64,000 bases of DNA from Lingula anatina (Eukaryota > Animalia > Brachiopoda): contig CM120642.1 of the NCBI GenBank assembly GCA_051362555.1, positions 15,810,001 to 15,874,000 on the forward strand. Reading direction: 5' to 3'. The notes beneath the pieces are model-generated. The model was not told where the DNA came from. It saw only the letters and a list, made by a program, of their open reading frames with translations, and ran no database searches. Shown in pieces: positions 12,103 to 26,339 of the stretch. How positions within the stretch are numbered: the stretch's first letter is position 1; every line of letters begins with the position of its first letter. The position numbers and the translations under genes are program-made.

Positions 12103-12736
12103 GCCTCCGTTTCATTGGTATGGCTGACAAACCCACACCTCACCGTGATTGCTGTGATTATCTTACGTTACTGCACTGTGTGGCCGAATTAAACAGTAAT
12201 ACGCTGCAACATTAGAATGAATGACAGCTGTCATTGCCATCAACTTGATTGGGACGTATAAAGTATGGGCACTTAGGTGTTATCATTTTCACTTTGTCTT
12301 TGCTTGGTACAATCGTCCCCGACGGAATCATTGCAATAAACTGAAGTAAAAGTAACCGCGCTTTTAGAGGATATAGTCGAAATTGTGCTGAAAGTACAAT
12401 GTTCTTGAATAACTTTCGGTGAGGGAATTAGAAAATTGATGATTGCACCCTTTGTACATGACTTTTATGATGCTGTTCGGGGTTTTCATTTTGTTGTCTG
12501 GAATTTCATTAGATATAAGAGCAAACAGATAAAATGCATGCACCTATAAATATTTGACAACTGGGCTGCTATTTGACTATTTTCAAAGTGTGTTCACTGT
12601 TAGATAACTGTTTTTGGTTTGTCCTGAAATTATACCATATGGTTAAAAACTTATATATACATATTAAACACCCTCGCCTGCGTTTAGCTAATGCCCGCTA
12701 CTTTTTAGGATGGTTCATAGTGGTTCAGAGTTATTT

Positions 12737-13293
12737 CAGGCCTACCCAACTACCAGACTCGGCACCTAAGGATCCTGAATTAACCGGTATATCGGACCAC
12801 GCTACCCGTTTTCAAGGTGTGTGTCAGATCGCATTTCGCAGTATCATACCCCAGAATAAATTTTGTAGCACGACTGCGGGCTCATCCACGCTCGGCTGAA
12901 CAACCTGAAACTGTACTCTTACTTTAGAGTACTCTATTTTATTGTCTCTATGGGGGTATATGGGGACTTTACGACATTCGGTTTGAATGTTTTAACCACT
13001 TTTGATAGGGCTTTTTTGCATTGTATTAGATTAATGTGGCAGTGGCAGTCTTAGGTTCATCTAGGTGGCTTTCAAATTTATGCGCCCGGTTTTAAAATCA
13101 TATAGCGGTTTTACGACAATCGTTTACTATCCAATCAAAGTGACAGCCGAGCATGCCAGGGCTCATCCTGTCGGTGTTCTGGCTGATACTCCGAAATGCG
13201 ATCTGACACACACCTTGAAAACGGGTAGTATGGTCCGATATACCGGTTAATTCAGGATCCTTAGGTGCCGAGTCTGGTAGTTGGGTAGGCCTG
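12737..13293. mobile_element. Non-autonomous DNA transposon (MITE), ~110-bp TIRs, CAG...CTG ends, putative 5-bp TSD TATTT (hAT-like)
   Basis: 12737-12846 (caggcctacccaactaccagactcggcacctaaggatcctgaattaaccgg...) is the near-perfect reverse complement of 13184-13293. TATTT flanks both ends (12732-12736 and 13294-13298). Confidence 0.9.
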
Positions 13294-14764
13294 TATTTTA
13301 TCCAGGGTCATGCAGCATAATTTGGTCTATGACACGTAGATCTTTGCTCTATAGGTCTCAAATAACGGCAGAGTTGGGCATAAGTAAATTTATACACAAA
13401 AATGCAACGGACGAGTGCAGCAAAGCCGGTGTACTTATGCATTGTAATATGTTTTTTGAAGTATGACATGCAAAAACAATAGGCGGCCATTCATCTCCGG
13501 TCCGACTATTTCATCACACTTTCTTGGTCGTATAATGATACTTGTGACGATTTGCCAACCACTGATTGCCTTATACCGAATACTCATCTCAATCTAGCAG
13601 CCAAGCAATTAATCTTAAGCAGTTTAAAGCTTATCGCTTCGCGTCTCTTATCTTCTCCCTTCCGGTGGCTAGCTACGGCCGATATATCGGACAGAGTGCG
13701 CTCGGTGAAATATTAGCAAAGCATCTCAATCTATCCGAAACATTTAACTCACGTTTGGGTTATGAGTGAGTTCAAAACTTCTTAGATATTTAGCTGTCAG
13801 AAATATCGAAATATTTTATTAATTACTGACCATTATAACAGCGGTGATAATTGAAAAGTTGGCAAGTAAAGCGCGTGTGATTACATTACCCTTGGTTAAG
13901 TTCGTGGGTAATTTTCCACAGAGACCGTGATATCAGAAGACAGGAATGACATTTGTAATTAATTGCTTTTGTTAATTGTTTCTTGATGAGTAAGGCTGCT
14001 GTTATCTATCCTACACATGTCTTTTGTATGACACACAAGCACAGCTCAGCTGCTCACAACCAGCAAGCTTTAGATATATGTGCCTACATGTAGATCTATG
14101 TGTATTTTACAGTGGCACTTTGGGTTAATTATTTTCAGATAGTAGCGCTATATAATGTGATTAATAAAATGCCGATGCTTGAAAGCAACTGTATTATTAC
14201 ATCTGACGTGCGAGCCATTGCCTTGTCCACCATTCCTTTAGTTCTGTTCTCGTACGTCTGCCCCTCCCACTTCCACTATGGCACAGTTTTTCTCCGTCAC
14301 TTTTCCTGGTCCTGAAAAATGAGTTATTCGAGTGGACTTAATACTATATGATTCACAATTGATGCGTTGAAATAAAATGATATAAAGGGATCTTTGTTTC
14401 AGCCTGCCTTGTTGTTTTTGTCCGTAGTTTTCATATCGATAAAAAATTACTCCAAATGAAACAGCGATGACATAAATCTCTCATTACTTATGCTAATACT
14501 TCTGCAACACTATCTTAACTATTAGTGAAAATATGTTTGTTTATTAACCTGTCTGTAACATGAACTTTTCTTACTTTTACCCTTCTTTGAATGTAGATAT
14601 GTGTGTGTTCGGTCTAACCAGAGGCCAGCTGAGTGTTGGCGTCAATTACGTGTAAAAATTCTTGCTGGACAATATAGAAAAGTGCACAGAATTAGCCAGA
14701 TGAAAAGCTGTATTGTGAATATCAAGTGAAAATTTAAGTGAACCTGTGACCCTGGAAGTGGGAA

Positions 14765-14807
14765 GTGTGTGTGTGTGTGAGTGTGTGTGTGTGTGAGTGT
14801 GTGTGTG
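14765..14807. repeat. (GT)n microsatellite, imperfect
   Basis: GT run with GA interruptions. Confidence 0.95.
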
Positions 14808-15364
14808 CGGTGAGGCGGAACGGATGCAGTAAGGGTGGGGGGAAAATCTGTCTTATTTTTCTACTGAGGAAAATTGTGAAGTTTAGTTCATATCCATTAA
14901 ACATCAGAATTATCTTATCGCTTTTTGCTAGCAATCACGCGGATTCCAGATGCTTTAGCATCGTGTGCCAATTGTTTGTTATCTCATGATAAGACGGTTT
15001 AAAAAGTAATGAAAATGTTTATATGGTAGGGCGCTTGAGGTCGTTTTTGCAGTAGAAAAACGCACGCATGCCTTAGCTGTCCCAACCTAACCAAAAACAG
15101 AATAAAAGCTTGAACATCAACTACATGTAATAAAACAGAAGCATAACCATCACCTAATAAAACAAAGGCAAACATGACGGGCATAATATCACTTTCTGTA
15201 TAAGCGGTGTTTTATTACTACTAATGAAAACCGATGTTCTGCAAGTCATGGGGAAACGGAAAGCATGAATAAATGGAACAACTGTTTGCTCGAAATAGCC
15301 CGCAAAGCAAAAAACAAAAACAAAACAAAAATATCTGGGATTAATTTAAGGATGATCTTATGCA

Positions 15365-15396
15365 ACACACACACATTCTCTCTCTCTCTCACACAG

Positions 15397-15473
<77 letters not shown>
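15365..15473. repeat. Compound (AC)/(TC)/(AC)/(AG) microsatellite
   Basis: Seen directly. Confidence 0.95.
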
Positions 15474-15477
<4 letters not shown>

Positions 15478-16464
15478 GGTATTGTAAGACAACCATGGAT
15501 TAATACGGCCTGTTTAGTCAGTAAAAGATAGATCAAACCACGTAGACAGACAAGCCCATCAAGTCTAACTAAATCATGAAATCGAACAGGTAAAACGGAA
15601 ATACCATTGCGGTTCTTCATTACGGATAACAATGCATAATTGCAAGTGTTAAGACTTATAACGGACTCGGGTGATCCATTAATGCAACACACCACAATAT
15701 AAACCCGTCAAGAACTTTTAGGTGCTAATAAATAAAAGTTTCAAACTGATGAAGTGTAAGCGTGTTTGATAGTTCATATCATGTAGCCATGTTATTATAG
15801 AAAGTATAAAAACATTATACGTCAATAAATTAAAACCTGTAATTGCACAAGGTAATTGTTTTCACATTTGTTTCTAGTCAACTTCGTACACCAACCAAAT
15901 TTGAGAGAAGTCGACTATCATTGTAGTATTCACTTATGAATAATATTGCAATATGTCGTATACATCTTACGCTCCATTCGACGCATTTTTATGGAGAGTT
16001 CAGTTTATTCACAGGATAGATGTGAATAGCTAAAAGTTGCTAGGTCTTTTGCGAAGAATAAAACTATGGTCCTTTACTAAAAATTACTGGGACATTTGGA
16101 AAACGCCCGCCCGCCAAAAATATACATGCACTCTTATTGTCACTGTTAATATGCCATATCTTGTAACAATCTGTATATCTTGTAAAGCAAACCAAGCGTA
16201 AAAGTGAACAAAATGGAATGGAAATTAGATATGGATGCTAATATTATTTTGTTAATTCAATGAAATTAATGTTACAGCCAATGGATTTGAAACTCACATG
16301 TCAATGAGTCAAAATGAGCAAAAGAGGGAAATTAAAAGAGCCAAACAATACAACTAATAGAAAGTGACAGACAACAACAAGAAAGATTAGTGATCATTCT
16401 TTTATGGTGAGGTGATGGAAAACCTGTGTGAATAGAAGTTGTGAACTTATGTCAGTTTTCACAC

Positions 16465-17125
16465 ACCATTACCTAATTAGGTTACTTATACAGAGCTACG
16501 GAAATGAATAATAATAGATATTGCGTAAGAGCACAAAACATCAAGCCATAACCAAATAAGGGAATGTGAATAGATTGACGAAAAGCTTTAAGTAGAAATT
16601 TGTTGAAAAGTCCAGAGAAACTGCGTGATGCATCATGGTATTGGAATGTGATATAATAAGTTTAATCAGAGTGCCCGATGATTGTAAAACGAGAATATAC
16701 GAATAAATCTTTTGGGCACCAAAGGGTGTTTGCTCTCCTTCCTATCTCAACGTATAGTCATTTATCACACCTTTAACGTAAGGTCATCTATCACACCAGT
16801 ACCTAATCAGACAAATAAAATACTTTGATTGATAGCTTATAACGGAGAGTTATGGAAAAATGAAAAATAATAGATATAACGTAAGAGCGCAAAACATCAC
16901 ACTCTATTACGAAATAAGGGAATGTTGATCGATAGACTCTATTAACAGATTGTAAATAGATTGGCTTAATAGATTGACGAATAACTTGTGAAAAGTTGTG
17001 GAAAAAAAACAGAGAAAATGAGTGATGCATCATGGTATTTGGAATGTGACATGATAAGTTTAAAACGAAGAATCCTATGATTTTAAAACTCGAATACATG
17101 TACACATTATAAATCTTTTGGGCAG
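16465..17125 (+). repeat. Diverged direct duplication (two copies, ~16465-16720 and ~16790-17125)
   Basis: Shared blocks in the same order: aataatagatat..cgtaagagc.caaaacatca, aaataagggaatgt, atagattgacga, gatgcatcatggtatt.ggaatgtga, aaatcttttgggca. Confidence 0.8.
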
Positions 17126-17353
17126 TGTTTGACTCAAATGATGACAGAGATCCAAATAATGTCGCACAAAAGCATTACACTGCCACATGTATACCATTAG
17201 CATGAATTAAAAGTGAAAAAAAGAGATTGTAAATCTGAATTTGATTTATAGCTGTTGTAAACGGTGCCAAAGAGATGGCATACCAGTAGTTTGGGCTATA
17301 GTTTATAGCTGGAGAACGAGCATGTTTTAAAAACTTATTTTCATTGGGGTTTA

Positions 17354-17354
<1 letters not shown>

Positions 17355-17404
<50 letters not shown>
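17355..17404 (+). repeat. Poly(A) tract, ~50 nt
   Basis: Seen directly. Confidence 0.95.
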
Positions 17405-17405
<1 letters not shown>

Positions 17406-20400
17406 AAGGAAATTTTATATACCTAGCTAACTCTTCAATCTTTTACCCCCGACCTCCCCGTGCTTATTAAGCATCAACACGTTTCGTTTCTATGTTATAA
17501 CGACAATTAAAAATCGAACAGAAGATCAAAAGACCAAATATCTTTATGCTAATATTTACAATATATTCCTTGCAACATGAATTACCTTGATACATTTAAA
17601 AGAGCAATGGGGTCAGGCCGACCCTCTTCAAATTATTGATTTGAATTTTCAGTGTTCTATCTCCTTACTAATTCATATTTAGTCTGGTTGTATCTCTGAA
17701 TCCAAGTTGACCAACTGTACCAATGAATTCTACTGGGTAATTCAAGAAGGTTATCTCTTTTTAAAGTTTATAATGCTCTGTAAGATATATTGGATAATAC
17801 CATTCTGAACGATAATAATGCGGACAATCTCAAATGCTCGAAGTTATCAAATTCTAGTAATATTCAGTTATTTATCGCGCTTGTCTCTTAAAAGCTCTCT
17901 TCTGTCGGTGAAAATGTTGCTAAACACCATTTTCCCAAAGTAAATGAAACTTAATATAATTAAATTCCGCTCAAAATGCCAGTTGCTTCTAGTGTTTCAA
18001 TTACAATTACCGGAGTTACAAATTGGTTCTACCCAGTCCGAACTTGGCTGTTTAATATACACTCTTAAGGGTTACGTAAAAGGTTTTTTGTACGAGAGTG
18101 TGTTCATTAATTCAGAATGATCATGTTGCAAAATGTTATCAACCGACTATGAGAATGTTAAAGCGCCCACTGTAGTTCAGACAGGCGCACACGGAACTAA
18201 CGGGAAGCTGAGCAATCGCAGCGATCTTTGGTCAAATCCTTAGTATCGGCCGCTTGTGCGTTGACTTGAGGCTGGAGTGATTTCAGTGGATTTTCTCCCC
18301 GCTTACATTTAGGAAAAGGCGAAGGCATCATTTGGCCAGTCTCGAGAGCACGCAATTTCCTCGAGCATTTAGCAAACTGGTACACAGTTACATTTGAGAA
18401 AAATATAAACCCATAGCATTATATTGATAAAGCTGTCTTTAGATAGGTTACCCCCTCCCTACTTTTTTCAACCATGTACGTATTTGAGTTGCCAGGAAAT
18501 AGAGGGCTAAGGAAAATTCCTTTCACTACCCCCCCCCCCCCAGCCCACGTCCATGCGCTTTTTTCTCAATGGGTTAATTGCTCCACTTAAAATATACTGG
18601 CTTTGATGTAGGGATTGCAATATTTGTTTTCTTCGATACTCCCGTCATACTATATAGATTTAGAAACCACAAATCGTCATAGGTGTACACCAAATCCTTA
18701 AGAGTACACTGATTTAATTACAGGAAACGACGCCTTCCGCACAAGTGTCAGTGTCCGCCGTGCTTACGATCAAGGAAATTACTCTTTTACCAGTAATGGT
18801 TTACTTTTGAATATCGTTCTAGTTCTGAAAACTGACACTTGGTGATATACTGAAATTGCAATAAATGCTTACAATAATATTTCTGATATTTTCCACATTG
18901 TTCATCTTGTACATCTGGATGTAACGAACTGAGTAGCCTACTTTTTGGAGAGAAACTTATGCACCCAAGCATAACCCATACAAAGAACTTTCAGGCGTCA
19001 CCCAAGCGAACTCATCGTTCAGATTCTCGTTTCGTTTTCTATGTGCTTTTCATTTTATACGCTTATTTCGATATCTAGAATTATTTAAACAACATTAGTT
19101 TAATGTCCCTATCCCGTCAGCTAGATAAAGAGAAAACAGTCAAATTGTTAAGCATTCTCATCAGCTCCATTGCTGATCATACGTGATTGGCTTTGAAAAG
19201 TGTAACCTAATTTACGGCCGGAAAACCTTCCATCCTTATTTTCTTAAAGTTTTTTTTTACATTCAAAATACGCATTCTAACTGTTATATTCTCGAATTAT
19301 TGGCCAATCGTACTGCAATCTGACGTAAATAGTTTGAAAATGTTGAGGAGTCGACCATTTTGTGGCGATTTATTTCAAAGTAGCAGATCATCCCGTGTAG
19401 GCCTTGGCGAACACGTTAGTTCAATCGACCTTATCGACATATATCAAGATCTCTAAACCCCTTATATCCCATGGGGGCGTATATTACGCCAAATGTCCAT
19501 TTTACAGAAAATATTGGGGTCTAACTTCAACTATAAATGTGGATAAACTGGGGAAATGATACTCAGTAAAAAAAGCGGCTTACAGACGCCGGCGTCTCCA
19601 CTCGTTACATATTTCGATTAATAATCTCCGAGCTATCATGTTCCAGACGTAACCTTCTATTATACAGCACCTCTTCATCAACTTAATTGTGTTTCCCGGA
19701 ACAAGTAACACGGGACGATCCCTCAGAGATAAGCAGACAAGATCCGAAATCATATTACTTGGAAATGACTATGATTTTTGCCATTCTAATTTGAGGTATG
19801 GGAAGACACCAGGAAAAGCCCTTATTAATCTTTTGGTGCATAATCCTATTGATGTTTTGATTTATGCAACAATATTATCCATTTAGAATAATAGCGAAAG
19901 TGTGATAACATTTCTTGGAAAATATCTGTATTATGGTGATTCCCCCTCACATAGATACGGACAACAGTATTTATCAGCAAAACTATTCCGGTATATTTCT
20001 GTACTTATAAGAATCTTATTTTGTGCCTTGTAATGGTTAGGGGGTGGGGGTAGCTTTTGCACCTTATTAATGTGTCCATTAGCCCTTTGTGAAGGAAGCG
20101 GGAAAATCTTCAACGCTTAGTTATATCAAAACACCTGGATCCATCTTTAGAAAGGGCATTTAGCAATAACACTGGTTAGTTACTATCGCCCTTTATAAAA
20201 CTGGACCCTGGATATTAGGTAGTATCTCATCATTCTGTCATTAATTAGGTTTGCTTCTAATATGTTCAACTAACCAGGAGAACCTCATTTCTCCATTCAC
20301 ACTAAAGAGCAAATGTACTTTAATACCAGAAGAAAAAAAACCCAGAAATTGTTAATTTACAGTGTCATTATAATTTTTCGCGTCCTTTGTTTTATCAACA

Positions 20401-22139
20401 TCGAAGTGACAATTCATCAGATTGACCATCAATATGGAAAATCAATTAACAAATTCCCGGTTGTCTTCAGCCATTGTTTGTACTCACTGACAATTAATCA
20501 CTGTTTCAGAAAGTAAAGCCAGGGATGATTAATGTTTGAGCGTATTTGAAATATATTGAAGTGAAAAAGTCAAAAAACACTTTGTTCCACCTTCCAAGAA
20601 GGTGACATTTCATATGGCAGCTGCTTATTCTATTGTCTTTCAAATAATAGCACGTGCTCGGATATTAACCAAAATATTAATTAAAAATGTTTTAATTGCG
20701 TGTGTAATTTCGCGACAAAATATATATCCCTCCCCTTATTTACAGAAAAACATGGTGTTCATGATTATTGCTAGAGGAATTTTTACCAAGACAGTTTAGA
20801 ATCTGCTGTACCAAGGTGCCTAGATCGTTTAAATGCATCAGTTGAGCTAAGAGTGTCGTTGTCGCAATTACATGTAATTAATCCAACCACAATCGTCAAA
20901 TCACGACTCGTGGATGACCGAAATCAGAGAAGGGAGCAACATGGATTAGTGAAAAAAAAAAGGAAAACAAGATTTTCAATTTCGGAAATAAAAAGGGAAA
21001 TACCATCGATTACTCTATTGCGGTCACTATTCTATGGAACGTTAAATGAATGTTGACACCTTTAAAACAAATCTTAAAACTTACATTTCTAAGCAATATT
21101 ATGATCAGTTTAAAGACTTTTGCTTTTCATTGTAATTGTAAAGGATTTCTTTTTTTTTAGCAAAGGCTGAAAAGCTTATATAATGATAAAGGATTCAGTT
21201 TTTATGTTCATTAGGAAGGACTATGCTGTATTTTCCACAATGACTAATAAATCCAGATGTAACGTTTTATTATTATTCACATCGCTGAGACGTACGTGCA
21301 TGGAGTGCGGTTTTGAAGATCTTGTTGATTACTATTATTATTACATAGTCTACTAGTTATGAAATTACTCTGATCTTCAAGTTAAAAATGCGTTCTTTTT
21401 AGTTCAAGCAGAAAGCAAAGGGTATATTTCACATCATTTATTGCATAACAATAAATTGACACCACTGTGGATCGTATCAAAAGCGATTAGCTTGATGGTT
21501 TATGATGTAGTAAAAAAATTGCTGCAACATAGCTAAATTATACAGCAAATAGTTGTAACTTTTTAAAGACGAATCACTTATAAGAAAAGGATAAACAAAT
21601 AACAATATTAACAATCCATATGTTATGCTGTCAAAAAAAAAAAAAAAAAAAAAAACGTATCGAGATATTCTCATCAGCAATTTTTGACAAGACTTTAAGT
21701 GGTATTGACTAGATATTACAATAGTTGCTGGCTGACATTATTGTACAACCGCAAAAGAGATTGGCTTCAATGGACAAATCCTATTGTGGTGTGCTTTTAG
21801 AACACAATAACAGCACTGAAGAACATATCGATGCAAAGGATCTATAGATACATATTTAATTAAGCGTTCTTTTATAAGAAAAACTATACAAACAAAACGC
21901 AGAGAATGCAGGATTATTTTAGTTTCAGAATCTTAGTTAGTAGATGAAACGTTAAAATATCGTGCTTACGTTGAAGATTAAAAAAAAAAAACCCGCTGAT
22001 AAAAATGAGAAAATAAATACCTAACTGAAATGAATAAAAATTAGAGCAAAATAATACATAAATACATTTCAACGTAAATGGCATAAGCTTAAATATATTG
22101 AACACATAAGCTTAATAATATCATTAAATGTCTTGTAAG

Positions 22140-23805
22140 TTAGTCATCTTCCTCTTCATCTTCATCTTCTTCGTCATCGTTTTCTTCTTCTTCTTCTTCC
22201 TCTTCTGAATCGCCCCCACTGTGTCTCGGTCTCGAGCTTCCCGGCCTCCTTCGCGCGGACGACACACGTTCAAGTTTATCCTCCAGCTCACCCGTCTTAG
22301 ATTCCATATGGACAGTCTTGGAAAGAGCCGAGTCGTACGTTTCCATAAGATTTCCAATAGCGAGTTCTAACCGCTCTTGTCGAGCTTCAAGGTCGCTTAT
22401 GCGTGTTAAAAGTTGTTCGTTATCTTTCTTTAAACGAGTATGATCGCTGTTTAACTCATCATGACGAATTTTTAGCTCTTGGTGTTCTTGGTGAAGCGTC
22501 ATGGAGCGCGCGCGAAGCTCCTGCACATCTGCTGGCACCGGTGTGTTAGCTTCTTCGACGTCCTTTAAGGATCTCTCATCGTTCTCTCCTATCTCCGTCA
22601 TCTCGTCTGCTTTTTCCAATAAATAATCCGTCCCTTCTGGAAGGTAGGAATATTCTAGCAGCACCTGTCGCATGTGGGGTGTGGCATAATCTAAAGCTTT
22701 CTTCTCCTCTTCATCGCGAATCATAAGATCGGCCTTACTTCTCAGTAGAATTTTGGCAGTTTCGCGAAGATCTTTCATACACGCAATGTGCATTGCCGTC
22801 ATCCCTTCATTGTTTGTACGGTTGACGTCACAGTAACGCAACAAAAGTTTCACGCTTTCGATTTTTCCGCGAGACACCGCAATATGTAAAGGAGTGTTTC
22901 CCTCTTCATCCGGAAAGTCCGGACAGGCTTTGCTTTCTAGTAAAAGTTTCAGCATAGACACTTGCTGACCGTGGCGCCTGCAGGCGATGTGCAGAGCAGA
23001 CACCTGCTTATTGTTCTTCACATCGACATCAGCACCCTTTTCAATCAAACTTTTAGCCATATCGACATGGTGTCCTCTAACGGCAAACAGCAGCGATGCG
23101 TTATTGTCAGCATCTAAACTATTCGGGTTAGCTCCGTGTTTTAGCAGAGCGGTAACATTCCCCTTGTGACCTTTCTTTGCAGCGAGTAGAAGAGGGGTGG
23201 AGAATTCTCGGACCTGGCACATTTTCCCATCCAGATTGTAAATCCTACCGTCCCTTACCATAGTCTCGTTAACGTCAATCCCGGTCGCTATCAGCATCTC
23301 CAAGACGACCGGATTGTCAAACAGATACGCAGCGGCATGGAGGGGAGTGATCCCATTGCTGCCGCTTATCTGGACGCTTATGACGATCTGGAATGATTAA
23401 AGTAAACTCTGTAGGCCTATTTACTATAGAAATATTTACTTTTAACGTGGGATTAAGAAGCTTTACTTCAATTTTATTTGACGTTGACAAACAATCATTT
23501 TTACGTTACTACGTACATTAGTCGGTTGATAAGTCAACGTTCCAAAATCGAACAAAATCACTTCACAGAGAGAGAATGTTTTTTCTCTCAATGTCTTTTT
23601 TTTTTTTTTGGAAAAGGTATTTTATACACCTAGCCATTGCTATGCAACAGTCAGGTCAACCTGCACGGTTTACGGTTTATACGTCACAATTACATGTATA
23701 GAGATAGTAGCTAACGTCACAAACATACGCAACAGATACATCGTAATCAATGCATAGAAACATAGGCCCTATGATAAAGGGGCCTGTTTTTGAAGACGGC
23801 AAAAA

Positions 23806-23852
<47 letters not shown>

Positions 23853-24519
23853 AATTTAAGAAACATTTTTGGCAGACTAAAGAAAAGTTTTTATCTAAAT
23901 AAAATAAATACCCACCATTAATTGTCTGAATTTTTCTTATCATTCAGTTAAAGTGAGGTGAAATATTTTGACTAGAAAGGCAGCTACAATAGGAATGAAG
24001 ACATATACACCAGTTTATAACGGGCAGCATACACGCCATAGGGCTATATGACGGATCCATGGCAACACATTCACGAATATAACATTTAATTGATTTTGTT
24101 GGGTCAGATTTTCAAATAGTGTTCCTATTAAAGATCATGGATCAATCACAAGTTGGTTCTGTAGGCAAAGGAGGTGGATTTGGGGTGGTGGGGATGTTAA
24201 TGAACTGTTTTGCATCATAACTTGATATTAAAGATCCTATGCCATTTCCCGTTTGTTTCAATTATTTTTTGGAGTAGAAATATCCACTTTTTCAGAAAAA
24301 AGAACATCTCTTAAAAGTGCTAGATGCAGGCTTGGGCATTTGGCAAAAAGTCTAAACCACCATCCATACCGCTGCGTAATTATTTCAGGGCTACTCCTCT
24401 CTTACCTTTGGCTTCTCCCCTTCCTCCTTGATCTCCTCCAAGAACTCTTTGACAGCTTCCCCTTCATCGTCTGTCTCCTTCAACACCCCGACCAGCTGTT
24501 TAGCTAGTTTGCTCACCAT
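22140..24519 (-). CDS. Ankyrin-repeat protein with C-terminal coiled coil and acidic tail (~453 aa, 2 coding exons)
   Basis: Exon 1 24519-24406 (MVSKLAKQLVGVLKE...GEKPK, donor GTAAG, phase 0). Exon 2 23387-22140 (acceptor ttccag) is in frame with the 387-aa ORF. Ankyrin motifs GITPLHAAA, STPLLLAAKKGH, GNTPLHIAVSRG and GMTAMHIAC are followed by a heptad-rich segment and a poly-E/D tail. Confidence 0.88.
23803..23853. repeat. (AAAT)n microsatellite in the ankyrin gene intron
   Basis: Seen directly. Confidence 0.95.
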
Positions 24520-26339
24520 ATTTGATATCACAGCATTAACGGAATTCTCTCATAGACTACCCTCGGGTTGAGCTCTGGCATAGGCGACCTAGCTACACAG
24601 ACATCAACACACTCGATGTCTATGCAGTAAATATTACTACCACGTCGGCAACCGTTTCGGTAGTAAAGATAAAACGTCACAGTCACACGTACGCCTCAAC
24701 TTCGAAGCGCATAGGAACCAAGAAGGGACGGGACAGCAAATCTCTAGAAATTGATGCCAAAATATTGGCCCAAATCCCAGTCCGCCACTTTTTAGATGGT
24801 TGGTAACACTATTGCTTAGTTGCCCTGCTGCCTTTCAGTGCGTGAAGCACGTCGCCTCGTTGTACTAATTTCCCCCTTTGTTGATGCGCTCTCATGTTAG
24901 GGCTCCCCAGCAACGGTGACAGATCTCAAACGATCAATAAGTCTGATAGTATCCATGGGGGAATTTCCGTGAATTTATTCTCAGGGTCGGATATTAAACT
25001 TTCTGGAGCTAATCAAAAGTCAGAATACTGCACTGGCTACTGCATTCATTTGCGTTATTACTTAGGGACTAAACCATGTATCGTTCAATAATTAATTCAT
25101 TGTAAACTATTGATTTTTCCCACCTGTAATTACCTGTCTGGCAAGTTGCCGTTACATACGCAGTGTTTGTGGCTTTCAAATGGAAAATGGAAATAAACCA
25201 AAGTTCTTTTTAATCAAACATGTTTTTGTAAAATAATTGATATAACTATCATTTTCTTACTATAATTTAGACATTAGTCGCCGAGACCTGTTTCCTCGCC
25301 CAACCACAATATTTTACATTCTACAGCAGGAAAGATAAACAAACCTTTATGTTGCTGCCCTTTGCTGCCTTTTGTACCATAACGATTGTGTATTCAGTGT
25401 TTCACACGAATAAAGGTTTCTTTAGTTGAGATTTATCCGACCTATCATCCGGTTCAATGGATTACATATGTAATACAAAGAAAACTTGTCGCGATTTGAA
25501 AGACAATATTTTGACCCTAGGTGAAACCTTACGTCATTACATTGTATAAAAAAGAAAGGCTACTGTGTTATAAGGTAAACGTTTGGAAACCTTTCAGTTA
25601 CTTTTTTCTCCTTTCTTGTTACATTACGTTTTACAGCTGATATGAGGATGTAACAGTGCTGCAACAAATATGCTGTTTATTTTGTGATAGACAGGTTAAA
25701 ATTTTCTTTTGTGATTCGAATTCGACGCATTTTCTTCTGTGGAATATTGTTAACACGTTTTTTTTTTGTTTCACTTTCTGTATGTCAGGATAAAAAATGA
25801 TGGTTTATTTTGGGTAGTTTTTTAACTTGTTTCTTATGTTCTTGACCTTAAATTGTATAAAATAAATTTTAAAAAGGATAAATGACTAAATTGTGTATGC
25901 CACTCAAGGCACTTCAAGTCAAGAGGAGAAAGAGAAATTGTCAAACTGAAGATCGTTGCATGTCATCATGTAATTAAAAATAATAATTAATAAAACAGTT
26001 TTGTGGACATAATAAACAATGATTTGACTCTTGAATTTGGTTCAAGTTTGGCTTAACACCTTAATTGTATTACATTGACGCCTATGCCATCATCTCACAA
26101 AGTAAAACAACTGACAAAAAGTCATCCTTATAAACATTAATTTCACCCCTCCAACCTCTGATGAAAACAAAAAATTTTATGTGAACCAAGTAATTAAGGT
26201 CTGCTTTTCCTGTTAAAAGCCAGACTGTTGTTGTCACCAAACCACCCATCCCATCTTTTAAGATAAAACAATATTAAAAATAAACATATATAGGCAAACA
26301 GGATTTGGTGTGGCTTCAGTTGTATAATAACTCTTCGTA

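Noticed and set aside
12573-13466. Short ORFs across the MITE as a transposase
   Set aside because: No DDE, BED-finger or dimerisation motif is visible, and the 557-bp element is too short to be autonomous.
11909-15695. ORFs containing YIYIYI, CVCVCV, HTHTHT or RERERE runs
   Set aside because: They are translations of TA, GT, AC and AG microsatellites.
17355-17404. Poly(A) tract as a retrocopy or SINE tail
   Set aside because: I could not identify an upstream element body or a target-site duplication.
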